From NCBI GenBank assembly GCA_964106915.2, contig OZ066922.1: a stretch of DNA of 64,000 bases; one strand, written 5' to 3'. The position numbers and the translations under genes are program-made. A model generated the notes under the pieces. That model did not search any database and was not told the DNA's origin. It worked only from the letters and a program-made list of their open reading frames with translations. Positions 47,001 to 61,011 of the stretch are shown here, piece after piece (the stretch's first letter is position 1; each line of letters opens with the position of its first letter). This DNA comes from Podarcis gaigeae (taxonomy: Eukaryota).

Positions 47001-50000
47001 GGACTCCGAATAAAGAAAATGGGGGGAGACTGCACAGAGTTGTTGAGCTTTTTCGGGGGGGGGGGGTTGCCGAATTTCGCTCATCCACCAATCACCCGCC
47101 CAATCGCTGCTGATACTCTCTTGCTCGCGGCTGGAACCTATCGCACGCCCCCCCTCTGCACTACCTGTGTATTAGACAACCCCCCTTTCTTAAAATTCTT
47201 TTAGAATAAAAAAACATAGTCTTGTACATGGGAAATTATAGAATTTACCAGAGGGCTGTGTCACATGTGGGATGGAGGGATGAGAGCAGTGAGAAAAGAA
47301 AAAAGTTTGAGGTTTCCAGGATGTGATAACACAAAAGGTTCTCTTGAGATAATTTCACTTATGGACAGAAGGAGCTGTGTGCTGTTGTTGGGGAGGCCTG
47401 CAGTGAGGTGTGAACAGCAGACTTCGGCATGAACCCTTGGCTTCTTTGGGAACAGTTGGCCAGCAAAATTGGAGGGGGGGGGGAGACAAGCAGCCAAGTT
47501 CTGCTTGAGAGAAGGTGCCAATACACAAATCCACATGCTGTCCGTGGGAGAGGGTGCATGTACATAAGGAAAGGTGGAAAAAAATCGGGGGAAGGAAGGC
47601 TTGCAATTTTTTGCCGGCTCCCATTTAGCATTGAAGTCACAAATGGTTGCTTACCAACATGAAACGGATATCTGCTCTCTATGTGTGGACATACTGCTCT
47701 TATTCTTTCACCAACTCCTCAATGAGTATTGTGCAATATGGAAAAGGTTGCATTCTCTCTCCAAACCACAATACAGGCTTAGAAATGAGGTCTCCAAGAT
47801 TCTTCTGGTCTCTCAACAGTCCAGTTCTACTACGAATGAAGAATGGTCATGACCACGACAAAACTACATATTTCCCCACTGTCTCTACTAGCCGAAGCTT
47901 AAATAATTTCTAAAATCTGAAGGCAGCTAGTGAGAAAAAAAATCAAAATATTTCATACCATCAGGGATCAATCAATCTTTTGGATTTGTTAGATCTGCTG
48001 TTGCTCTTTAAAGAAAGAAAAAAAAATCACCTGCAGATTTATGTACTTACATTTTCTTTAGCAAGTTTCTCAGCTTGCTTTGCCTCCCTGGCTTGTCTCC
48101 TTTCCTCTCTGGTCGCCTGCTGCTCTCGAAAGCCCTTCTGCTTTTGCAGAGCCAACGTGATCCAGAGCGGCTGTGCGGTTTCAACTTTCTCAATCAGCTT
48201 GGAGCCGTCTATGGAATGTCTGCTCTGAAGAACTGGCCTTTCTAGAAGAACACAGCACACAAGGGTTTCAATTTGTATGACAGAGACAGAGGTGCATACA
48301 AGATATCCAACAGGAATATCTCACCCAGTATTCACTAAGTATGGCTTAGTGTGGTGTAGCGGTCAGAGGGTTGGAGCAGCACTGTGGAGACCAAGGTTCA
48401 AATTCCCACTGCTGTAACATTTCTTTTTAGGGGAGTCAATAACTTCCTAATGATCCCTAGCATGGAATTCACCTTTCCCCCTGCCGAACACAGGGTCAAT
48501 ATTTTCATTGAGCTATATGCCATGACCCCAAAATCCCTTTCCTAGCAAGTCACTGTGCCAGCTCAGACCCCATCAGTGTATCCACCACTAAGCAGCTGAT
48601 ATAGCTCAGTCAGTAAAGAGTGAGACACTTAAATCTCTGGGTCCTGGGTTCAAGCCCCACATTGGGCAAAATATTTCTGCACTGCAAGGGGTGGACCAGA
48701 TCACCCTCATTGTTCCTTCCAACTCTACAATTTTATGATCCCACAATTCTATTATCTATTATCTTTTTTAAAAAAGTAGTAAACAGATGATCTCACAGCA
48801 TAGCTATCCTCTCCTCTCTCACCTTCAACATTTGCTGTAAGCCAAATCAAGTTAGGCTCCAGCTGAGCCTTTTATCCCTTTCTCCTTCACTGTGAGCTTA
48901 GCTCCACACTTCTAGAAAACATTTGGATGAGACTTCAGCAGCGCCAACTTTTTCAACAATTTTGTTAACAAGATCTTTGCATCCTTAGATCTCGGTGCAA
49001 GCTGTCCTAGAAATGTCAAAACTTGTTTTATCTGTAACCATCTATTGAGCACTAACACCTCCGTCTATTTCTAGAAAGCGCGGGGGTTCAATTTTGGAGC
49101 TATTTGACATGTTATTTTGGGATATTTGGGCAAACTTTCAAGCTTGCAAATGGCCATGCTGCAGAAAATGAAGTTTAGAAGTCCCGCACAAGACGGCTGC
49201 CCCAAAGGGCTACATCCCCATGGAGCAATCTCTGGAATCAGACAGAACTCCACCACTGCCATTTATTTCAATGGAACACAAGCCAAAGGATTAATGCACA
49301 GATCTACCCCTCTTGTTGAAGTGAATGGGGGAGGCTTGCATGCACAGGAGCTCTGTATGGGGACACTACATTTGGATGCGGGGATTTAACATGACTTGCC
49401 AAAGATATAGATGTAGGAAAATGCGGAGGAGTCCTTATTGGGATATGAGTTTACTGGGATGCATTTACACACGCATGAACATCTCTAGATTACTCAGATT
49501 AATTAGTTGCTTCTGTTGTCAAGCACTGTGTTTTCTGCAATGTGACATGATACAAAAAACTTGCCCTGCTATGTGTAATCTAATTTTATGCAATGAAAAT
49601 AATCACTTTATGCATCAGTCCTTAAAGAGACGTGTGAAATCACCCCTGGTGTGCGCATAATAAAACTTTGATGGAATCCAGTAATGAACCTATAAAAACC
49701 ACCACCGAGGAAATTATACAATACTGTTTAAGGCTGACATTTCGGATATTGATCTCCCTTGCTCAACACAGAGCTGTATTTTAGGGGCTGCATTTCTTTG
49801 CCTACCTTTTTTCAACGGCTCTGGCTTCTTCTCTGTTCTCTCTCTCCATGGCATGGTGATGGATGGGAAAAAGGACCTCTTCTCCCTAGACTCCTCCTCT
49901 TCCCCCTTGCTTGCCTCGTGGGCTTGTGAAAGCAGAGAGCTCCCTTTAGCTTCCGTTTTTCTCCAGGTGGTGTCAGGCTCCGTTTTAGCCACCCTTTGCC

Positions 50001-53000
50001 CCGTGGATTCGGTTAAGTGAGACCTGCGCATTTTTGAGAGAGGGGATGATGGCGGAGTTTGGCTGGTGGGCTTTGGAGCCAATGCAGGTTTTTGCAGGAG
50101 TGGCGATTTGCAGATGGGTTTCTCTTGACTAGGTGCAGACACATGACTGCTAGTTGGGAGAGATACCGGTGCGGCTGTCGTATAATTCTGATTAATATTA
50201 GCTAAGGAGTTCTTCACAGAATTAACCATGACATCCTTTCTCTCTTGGCTTGGGGATTTGTTCTCTTTTAAAAACATATTATTTGCATCTTTCTCATTGT
50301 CAGGCGTAACCAGCGGGGTGGGCACCCCGTCAAAACTGTCTCCTGCGCTGTACCTTTTCTTCTTCTTCTGCTCAGCTTGCTGATCATAGTGAAAGCGCAA
50401 GGAGTAGTTGGTCCTCCTTAATTTCACCCCAAATGGAGACACATTTTCTTCTCCATTTGGGGAACTGCTGTCCGGTTTCCTTGCACCAACCTTCTGCTGT
50501 GTTTCCATAGCAGCTGCTGCACTTTCCGACTGGGCAACTTCCTTACTTAGAGAATGCGAGACGCCTGGAACAAGGAAAGATGGGAGATCTTTGGCAAATT
50601 TACAACCCTCGGTGTTGCCTGCCACTTCGCGATGTGTTTCAGGATTTCCTGTGGGTGTCCCAAGATTATTCCCTGCAGCTGACAGTGCCTCGGTATGAAC
50701 TGTCTCTTGGGTTGAATGGACTGTGGGTGGACCCAACGGCTTGGCTGGGGTTTCTGCTTCAAGGCCAACTTTACTCTCGGCGCTTGCATTAGCCGAAAAC
50801 TTCTGCCAGGCAGGAGTTATAGAAAACTTTGCACTTGCAGATAAGGTCTTGCGCAAATTACCGTGGGAAGCATTTTGTCCTTTGGGTGTCCAATCATCGC
50901 TATGCCTACTGAGGCTTCCTTTGTCTCTCTCATTGCGCTGGCCATTTTCTGCACTTTTTAAGATTTTTGACCTAATAGAAGCCCACTCAGCTGGGATGGT
51001 TTGGTTGCCCAATGGTTCTTGGGCATATTTCATTTTACTATTCCTACGCTTCGCATCTGGTGACGTTTTTCGTGCATCCATCGTTTTTCTCTCTTCTGTT
51101 AAGCCAAGGAGAGATTTGCAAGCAGTATCTTTTATCTGATTGAGGTTGACCGCGGTTCCACAGAGCTGTGCTCCGGTGACCAAAATTGCTGTGTGGGGGA
51201 CACACAAAGAAGTTGGGGGACCGTGAGAACCTTTGCTGGATTTAGGAGTCGTCAGGTCTTTTGCAGCTGAAGGAGTTGGTGCCTCTTTGACAGGCGTAAC
51301 TGGGCTCAGATTTACTTTCGGAAATATAATTTGCTTTTCTCCAGAGGATACTTGGAAGGTAAATCCCCTGGGCATAGTTTGCCTCGCATCAACTTCCTGC
51401 CATCGGAGCTCCTCGCCTAAGATTCTTTCCTGCTCTTGAGCTTCAAAGTCCCTTTTCTGGTGGTGCCTCGGAGTTTCTTCTTCCTTCGGCTCTTTGTCTG
51501 GCTGCTTTATCGTTTGCTGGCTAGCTTCTCTAAGTGGAAGATCTTTCTCAGGACTTTCCAAATGTTGCTCTCCCAAATGAATATTTTTGTCCAGTTGCAA
51601 TGGGAAGGACTTGTCTTGTTCTTTTGGCTTTTCCAGTGGTCTTTGTCCTTCTAAACTAGGGGATTTCTGTTCTTCCAGCTTTCGTCCTCCTTCCCTCTCT
51701 ATCAACTCTTCCTGTTGCATCTTCTTCTCAGGCCATGGCTGTGGTTCACATCTTTCATTTTCTGCTGCTGATCTAATTGGTTTATCCAGTTCTTGCTGAT
51801 CTTGTTTGTCCTTATTCATTTTCTCCTTTAGATTCTGTGGTAGTTCTTCTGGTCTCTTTTGCTTTTCCAGCTTTATGGCACTCCCCTTCCTTTCCAACCT
51901 TTCTTCACCTTCTAGATCCCTTTTTTCCTCTAGATCTTTTTGTCTCAGGTCTGTTTGCCTTTTTTGCACTTGAAGTACTTCCTGTTTCAGTTCATCCTGC
52001 TTTTCAGCCTCATTCATTTGCTCTTCCGGTCCTTGCGCTCTCTGTCCTAAATTCTGATGCCCTTGTTTTTCTTCCTGCCATTTTTGCGTCCCCTGTTCTT
52101 GCCTGTCTTTCCACCCTTGCTGAAAGAGCTTTTTATGTTGTTGCTTTGCCTCTAATTCTCTGTGTCTCTTTTCTTCTACTTCTTCTTGATCCTTCAGTTC
52201 CTGCCATTTTTGCTCTTCCAGTTCTTGATGCCTTTGTTCTTCCTCTTGCCTTTGCCTTTCAATCGCCAGTTCTTGCCACTTTTGCTCTTCCAGTTGCCTT
52301 TGCACCTCCAGTTCTCGGTGTCTTTGCTCTTCCAGTTGCCTTTGTGCCTCCAGTTCCTGATGCCTTTGCTCTTCCAGTTGCCTTTGTGCTTCTAGTTCTC
52401 GATGTCTATGCTCTTCCAGTTGCCTTTGCGCCTCCAGTTCCTGGTGCCTTTGCTCTTCCAGTTGCCTTTGTGCCTCCAGTTCCTGATGCTTTTGCTCTTC
52501 CAGTTGCCTTTGTGCCTTCAGTTCCTGATGCTTTTGCTCTTCCAGTTGCCTTTGTGCCTTCAGTTCCTGATGCTTTTGCTCTTCCAGTTGCCTTTGCGCC
52601 TTCAGTTCCTGATGCCTTTGCTCTTCCAGTTGCCTTTGTGCCTTCAGTTCCTGATGCCTTTGCTCTTCCAGTTGCCTTTGAGCCTCCAATTCCTGATGCC
52701 TTTGCTCTTCCAGTTCCCTTTGCTCTTCCAGTTGCCTTTGTGCCTCTAGTTCCTGATGCCTTTGCTCTTCCAGTTGCCTTTGTGCCTCCAGATCCTGATG
52801 CCTTTGCTCTTCCACTTGCCTTTGCTTTTGTTCCTTTAGTTCATGCTGCTTTCCTTTTTCCTGATGCATCTGTTCCTCTGGTTCCTGAAGGCCCTCTTCA
52901 TTCCGTCTCTGCTCCTCTAGTCCTTTGTGCCTCTGCATCTGAAATTCTTGATGCCTCCGTTTTTCAAGACTTTTCTTCCCCTCTCGATCCTTTCTCTCTT

Positions 53001-56000
53001 CCATCTTCAAAAGTTGCTCTTCCTCCTGAAGCTTCTGTTTCTTCCCTTCTTTTTCCCTTTGGCATTCTTGAAGTCTTTTGTGTTCTGTGTGGCTTTTTGA
53101 CTCTGCTTCAGCCATTTCTACTTTCTTCTCAGTCTCCAAGTTTCTCCAGCAATGTTCTAGCTTTCTTTTGCCCTCTTTCTGTTCTTGGCTTTCCCTATGC
53201 TGGATAGGCTTGTCTGCAACATGGTAGCCATCGTGTTTGGAGAGCTTATCTTCATACAATTGTGGTTCTAGGATTTCTTGTTCAACCTCTGCCACTGCCA
53301 CACTTTGCATCTCCTAGTATCAGGAAACAGAAACAATTTAGCTTAACATTTTTTATTTATGCATCCTATGCTGTGTGGAGGAACAGGGTAATAATGAATT
53401 AGTGTTTTCAGTCAATAACCCTGGAGTTCATAATGAACCGCCTTACATTTTAGTTCTTTTTGCTATAAATAAATGCATACACATACGTTTGGTCACAACA
53501 CTGCGCCATAAATTATGGCTAAGTTAACCAGTCTGCACACACAGTTCAAGTTATCTCACTTTGCTCCTTCTTTCCTCCAGCAAGAACACAAACCATGAAG
53601 CATCTGGTTTAGCATTATTTTTCAACCAGTGCTTGTGGTTCTTTTCTCCCAAACATACAATCTGAAGCCAAGCTTTGTTCTTAGCTTCCCAATCATAGTT
53701 TTTTGGAGAGAAACAAATAATGCCAAGCCAGATATTTCATGGTCATTTTCCCCCACTGGAAGAAGGGAAGAGAAAAGTGGAAGAACTTAAGCTGCATTCA
53801 CTAGCACACAACTTGTGGACAAATGTCTTACCCATCGTTTATGGCTAAGCATGAAAACACAGCCAGTAGATCATCAAAATACTTTGCTGTTCACTAGGAA
53901 TGACATTCTGGAACAGAAAGGCAAGATCATAGCAGCCTCAGGACATGGATCTATGAAATCCCTTCACCCTGGTGCAACTCTCCCATTTTAATTCCCTACA
54001 TCAGGCATGTTCAACAGGTCAATCACGAAGGTGTTCTAGGTCGTCCAATGGATGTTCTAGGTCGACCTCCCAAGAAAAGCTCAAGAACTATTGATCTCCC
54101 CAGTCCCAAAAAAGCTCAAAACTGTAGGTTCTCCTTCCCCCCCCAAAAAAAGCTCAGTTTTTTTTATACTGGGAGTAGATCACAGCCTCTGTGGAGTTGG
54201 ACATGCCTGCCCTACACCAATGGAGGAACTGAGTCTAAATTCACAAAAACAAAACAAAGCACATTACCACCATTTTCAATAAATGTTTAAGGAAAAGTGC
54301 ATGCTGTAAGAATAAATCTCCACCTTTCATCATTACAGCCAACAAAGGCATAGTCATGAACAAAACATCTCCTGGAAAACAGGAAATTTTGTCCTTCACA
54401 GAGCTTACCCTACTTTCTCAACGATTTCCTTTGCTTTCAAGCCTCTTATTTTCTTTACATACCATTATTTTCTAAGTAAATAAAACAAATACTTGGCAAA
54501 CAGAGTAGAAAAAACAATGCAGCAGTCAATTTATGGCCACTTACAGTATTTGAAGAATGACTGATCTTGCAGCCATTCCCAACTGATTTGAATCTTGCAT
54601 TTTTTATATGTCTCAGTGCAGTAACCTTTTGTGAAAAAGGCACAAATAAGTGGACATAGCACATGTGAGCAGCAATGTAACTGAGGGGCGGCATGTGCAT
54701 GGCAAAGGCCGAAGTGCATGGCAAGAAGGTATGATTGCTTGCTATACTTAAAAGCCAGAGGCCAGGGCAATCAACACAACCATTTGTTATGTTGTTTTTG
54801 TTTAATTAAATGACTGTTCTTGGGATTCTTCTAATTCTGGCTCAATTTCCATTTCAATGGTTTCCCACCATGCAAAAGAATTCCCAAGACCATCCCAAAA
54901 TCCCCACAAAGCATATTTATTGGGGGTAGTAGGGTTGCCCCTACAACCACTCCTCAAACATGAGTGTGGGGGTTGATCTGTCAGAGGGACTAGTTTGAAA
55001 GTTACCGATTCTTGAAAATATGTATTTGTGATTCAGGATCACACAGTGGCGTAGCGTGGGGGGTGCAGGGGGGGCTGGCCGTACTGGGCGCAACATCTGG
55101 GGGTTAGGGTTAGGGGGCGCAAATTACTTGCCTTGCCCCGGGTGCTGACAACCCACGCTACGCCACTGGGATCGCAAGTATTCCACCATTCAATTTCCAC
55201 TCATCTGAGAAATTTTCACATTACAGCTGATGGCAAGATCTTGTGTCTAAAGACTGGAACGAACAATGTACTTCTCTTAAATAGAAGCATGAGAATAAAA
55301 GAGCTGCCTTGCTAGAATACACAAAAGCATTAGGCAGGCATATGCTCCTGGGAAACTCACAAGCAAAATATGGGGATCATCTCAGTGGTTTGCCTCCAGC
55401 ATTTAGTAATTAAGCACATGCTGCCTCTGAACAAGGTGACATGATTCTAACTTTATAGATAATAGCTGGTGGAATTGTCCTTTGTAATTATCCACCTTTT
55501 AAAAAGCAAAGAAAATGTGTCTAGTTCTTTTTTAAGGAACATAATCAGTTAATGCCGGTGTATAAATAGCTGGTCACCTGTAAGAAACAGGTTACCATGT
55601 AAAGATGGTTTACTAAAATCAACACTCCACCCCTCGCTGCTTTTAGATATCCACTGGCGCACATACATACAGGTATGTGGGCATACAGGCTATTAAGATA
55701 ATTAGTAGGCTACTCATGTTTATGGGCTTATTTCCATGATTCAATCAGTGCTCGTCATAGTGTCTGGTGGCAATGAACGCCCTAAGCCGATTATATGTTG
55801 GCTGATGGTTAAGCAAGAACATAAATACTGAACAAAGAGTGAGCAGATAAGATTCAAACGTTATACACAGCTCTTAGTAGATCTGTCTGTCTCACAATCA
55901 ATGACTAGAATGTTCATCTAAGTTAAGTCTGTATCTGTGACTATATAGAAAACAGATAAATTTCAATACCTGTGATAACCTTCTGTGCTTTTTGGAAACC

Positions 56001-59000
56001 CTCTGATTCTTTGGCTTAACAGAGAGTTTGTGCTTTGCTGCACTGTTGTCCAGGCGGGCAATTGCCAGGGGAATCGCATCGAGGTTGACCGTTTCAATGG
56101 TGCCAGAAGGTGAGTGATGCCTTTTCGGCCGCGATGATGATTTGACCGGTGTAACCTGTTAAATCGTCGCAAGTGGAAATGAACTTGATTTAAACAGTTG
56201 AATCGACAGGTTTAAAAGGATTAGCAGATTTAAAACAAAACAAACCCGGAATCAAACAGTGTCTCCATTAATGAACTCGGAGCAAAATCCAGAAGTTTCC
56301 TTTTGTGAAAACACAGCTTCTCATGGGGCACCTCATTTTTCCAGTCAAATAGAAGAACCGCCTCCTCTTCTATTATGTAGCCAAGACACTCAAGCACCAT
56401 GCTATCCCTATGCAACCCACCAGTTCCTGGTGTTTATAGACGCAGGGCAAGAGATCTGGTCTGCTCCCAATGGGGCCACACATCATTGCTCACTGCCACA
56501 CAACTTAGTCCAACCTCTCCCTTTGATCACTCAAGTACTCCGTTAGCAGCAGCTAATATGGACTGGGACTTAACACTGGAACAGAATCCACTTCATCAGT
56601 ACAGCCTCACAAGAGAAAGGCTGACTGGATATATCCCAATCCCCTGGCCAGCAAGGGTTCGCCATTTGTGTCACTTCCTCAGTGGTCATACCAGAACCAA
56701 GGGAGCAGTGGGGAAGGTGAATTAGGGGCAAGACTAGGTTTGGTAAGTCCTTCAAATATCTGCAAACCCAGGAGAGCTGCCCAACATGGCTCCTCTGTTT
56801 GCCAACACAGCAAATGTAAGGTATTTCAAGTTGTAGACAAGTTTCACAGTTCACACAAGGCTGTGTATAAATAATGCTTTTAAAAGTTGTAGGTCATCCT
56901 AGGAATTGGTGTTATATACTGAAGTTCTCACCCTGGGCCAGCAGGGGGGTAACTGTAGATAGTTTTCACTCAGGTCCACATATGCAAATAAGGGATTGAA
57001 AGTGATGTTCAGTGATTGGCTAGTTACAGAAAATGGTTACTAGTGGAGCTCTATATAAGCAGGCTGGCTGAACCCTTCAGTTCAGTTCAGTTCTGACCTG
57101 TGAATAAACAAGAGCTGTTTGAAGAATCGCTGTGTCGTCTGATATGTTAACCCACAACTTAACACTACCCATACTTCTGTTTATTGAGCCAGGACTTGAG
57201 GCTCAGTAATATATTCTAAGCTTTGGATGTATGAGACCCAGTTCCAACCTCTAGCACCTCTCCTTAAAAGAAGTCACCCACTCTACCGCTCCATAGGACC
57301 TTATCAAGCAATGCTATACTCACATTATACCAAGCTAAAATCCTGCTACACCACAGTATGCGAGCATCACTGAGATTTCCTACCAGCTTATACTTCATGA
57401 CATTTTGCCAGTATGGTGAAGGTTCTGTCAAATCCTATAGCTCCTCAGCCAGCGGATCTACAGTAGAAGATTGCACCCTTAAAAGACCCACTCGCAGAAC
57501 ACACAATATCCTTTGGTCTGGATCAATATGCAGTAGTTTCTCATTTCCTTATAAATCTGTAGCTTCCCTTCTGATTCAGTAACAAGTTTCCTGGCACAGA
57601 GACTAAGCAAATATTTAGTGGCAGCCCTACACAAAATTTAAGAGGTTTTTTAATCTAATATTTATTTGCCCTTGTTTAATAAGCTTGTTAGATGCCTTGT
57701 AGAAATCAGCCAAAATGTCATAAATGTTAATAGGCTCATAATCAGCAATGGCAGCAGTAAGTACAGAATTATATAGAGTGTAGCACTTTCCATATTTTAG
57801 GTATTCTGGGCTTTGTAAAGCTCTATTTCTTGACTACTGAATCGTGTGACATTATATTTATTTTGTCACCCATAGTCAAATATGTGTGTGTTTGGTTAGC
57901 TTCATACACCACCTACCGATGCTTGGATCTCACTTCCCTCTTAAGAGTTGCCAGATACAGACCTTGCAAAAACCTGAGCCTTTAAGTGTTGCATGGAAGG
58001 GAGAATTTCATCAGGTACAGATTTCCCCATCACAGTGATGTGTAGTGAGAGGAGAAGCCACACCTGGCAGAATCATTTTATTCCGATGTCCCTTTCCTTA
58101 AGACACCCTGGTCACATCTGAACCATACATTTAAAGCACGTGGCTTTCCTCAAAGAATAATTGGAACTGTAGTTTGTTAAGGGTGCTGGGAATTGTGGAG
58201 CGAACCACAGTTCCCAGGATTCTTGAGGGGGGGGGGTGTGGAACGGGACTGTGAGCTTTAAATGTATGGTGTGGATGTGACTCCTGTCTCTGGATTCCCT
58301 GCTCTTTATATCCTCTACATTCTGGGACTTCTTTCCAATCAGCAGATTCCCTTCCTGCCCATGTAGTTACTCCTGCCCATACTATTCTGCTGCCTTTGGT
58401 AGAGTGTACATACAGAGGATGTGCTCGCATAGCCATTGGCAGTGGCGTAGCGTGGGTTGCCAGTGCTCGGGGCCACACAGGGCTGGCAGAAAATGGCATG
58501 CACATTCAACTGCCTAATGGCATCCGTGTCACCCAGGAGATCACAGCCACAGAGAGTTGTTATGTTGTATGGAGAGATCACCTCCTGGTCCGTGTGGAAA
58601 AGCTACTTTCAATGGAGCCCATCGACAGAAATGCACAGCTGTTTGGGTACTGAAATTTTGCACCCCTAACAGTTTTGCGCACAGGGCAACTGCTATGCCA
58701 CTGGCTAGTAGTATGGCCAAAATATCTTGGGGAGGCCAGGAGCCTCTTCCATAGTAACCACCTTCCTAAGGCAGCATAACGGCTTGAACACTATAGTAGT
58801 ACACTGGTTTGCATGTCTTGGTTGGTAATACATTTTGTATTACAAACATGTCAAACCCTGAAGTGTCCCGGTTTGCAACCTTTTTTAAGATTATAACCCA
58901 TTTTTTTTTGGTTTACGAACAATTTTTTTTTGGAGGCCCCATTGGCGAAAGCGCTCCTTGGGTTACAACCTATTTTGGTTTACAAACAGACCTCCGAAAT

Positions 59001-60969
59001 GGATTATGGTTGTAAACCAAGGTACCACTGTATATGCAGACAAAGGGAAGCCAGGCAAGTGGGAGAGGGGGGCCATTGGCAAAGGAGGAGGTGCTGGACA
59101 AAGAGCCCACAGTGGGCCTGGAATCACATGTAGGGTCCAGGAGCAGCAAAGCAACTGGTCTTTTTTGAAAGGGGCACTCAATGAAATGAGAAGTAAAGGA
59201 AGCACACAAAATACTGAGAATCAAGGGGCAGTTTAAGCATTACAAAAACTTGATTTGCCACTGAGTCCAAGTCAATTGGTGGTCTCATCAAATTCTGGCT
59301 CTGTGGTTACTGTATCAGTAGGATGCCTAATATTGTCAAACACCTGTTTGTTAGGTTCCAACTACAAGTAGAAACATGCAAATCCAGATTTGCCCTTAGT
59401 GTATATAAAGTAAAGGTAAAGGGACCCTTGACCATTAGGTCCAGTCGTGGCCAACTCTGGGGTTGTGGCACTCATCTCGCTTTATTGGCCGAGGGAGCCG
59501 GCGTACAGCTTCCGGGTCATGTGGCCAGCATGACTAAGCTGCTTCTGGTGAACCAGAGCAGCGCATGGAAATGCCGTTTACCTTCCCGCCAGAGCGGTAC
59601 CTATTTATCTACTTGCACTTTGATGTGCTTTCAAACTGCTAGGTTGACAGGAGCAGGGACTGAGCAACGGGAGCTCACCCCCGTCACGGGGATTCGAACC
59701 GCCTACCTTCTGATCGGCAAGTCCTAGGCTCTGTGGTTTAACCCACAGCGCCACCTGCATCCCTCAAAAGTGGAACTGTCCCACAACCCGTTTCCAGCCG
59801 CACTGAAGTCCAGCAGATGGGAAAGTGATGTTGGAAAAGAGATTGAGGGAAGGTTAAATTATAAGCAGGGGAAAGGCTGAGACCATCTTCAAACTGAGCC
59901 CCCCACTGCCTGCTTACTATATGACTAGCACAGATTCAGCTTAAAGATACAGATCTACCATCATCACATGATGTTTGAGTCCCATATCCACATTTTATGG
60001 CTTGGGGGTACATGCTTAGAAATTTCCAGTTGTGCTTTTAAAATTGTAACGTAGAAATGTAAGAGCGTCTCCAGACTGTTGGTATTTTGCTGGGGTGATT
60101 CAAGCATAAACTGAAATGCTGGGTTTGTGCAATTAAACCAGCTTAAAGGGCTCTATTGCTCTAGTGCAACAAATCCACTTTTAAAAAGAAGGGGACTGTT
60201 TGCAGTTTGGAAAAGGACAGGAAAAAGGATGTGCAAATGACTAACAGGAAGACTTGTAAACACAATGCAAGCAAATCAGAACGAATGCTCAATGAAGACC
60301 AGGTATAATATAACAGCCATGTAAACAGACCAGGACAAATGTTCAATAAATATGTTGTCCTATGGTGGAACCTTAAATGTAATGGCTATAGAGGTCCTTG
60401 AAACAAATGCATGACTATTACCTTATCTTCCACTTCCTGCCTTGTTCCACGCAAACTTGCTGGGCTTAATGAATCGGGTGTGCCACCTGACTGGAAAAAT
60501 AAGATTATGTTTGCCAAATATGGACTACCATTACAGAACTGGTAGAAATACCTTAATGATCCCCCTCCATCTCATCAGACTCCTCTGTTCAGTAGAGGGA
60601 CCCTCTAGTTAGCTTCACTGCTCTCAGAACTTTGGTCTGGGAGAGGACATTAGTAAAAAATATTTCAAATAGTGTTGCATTCTGCCCTGGGAAAATATGG
60701 TGCCATGGGAACTGAGGGCAGATCCACAATTTATACAGCACACATTGTTGCCTGCTTACAAGTGTTATGCCAGTGCGTTCAGTGGAAAACGCATGTGAGC
60801 TTTCATACTCATGCCTTTAAAAAGCTGTGTACACTTATCTGATAGAGAAACAGTTTACACACATGTACAGGAGTGAGTTAAGACTGTTATTCTCGATTCC
60901 TTTGGGAGGTAGGGTGTGATAGAAATGAAATTAATAATAATAGTAATAGTAATAGTAATAGTAGTAGTA

Positions 60970-61011
<42 letters not shown>

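Noticed and set aside
52268-52824. Regularly spaced repeats as a CRISPR-like array
   Set aside because: Contiguous tandem units with no unique spacers, inside a eukaryotic coding exon.
51777-53207. 476-aa hydrophobic repetitive ORF on + (VPDAFALPVAF repeats)
   Set aside because: Antisense shadow of the E/Q/R-rich CRACD exon and its 42-bp repeat; no promoter or splice context.
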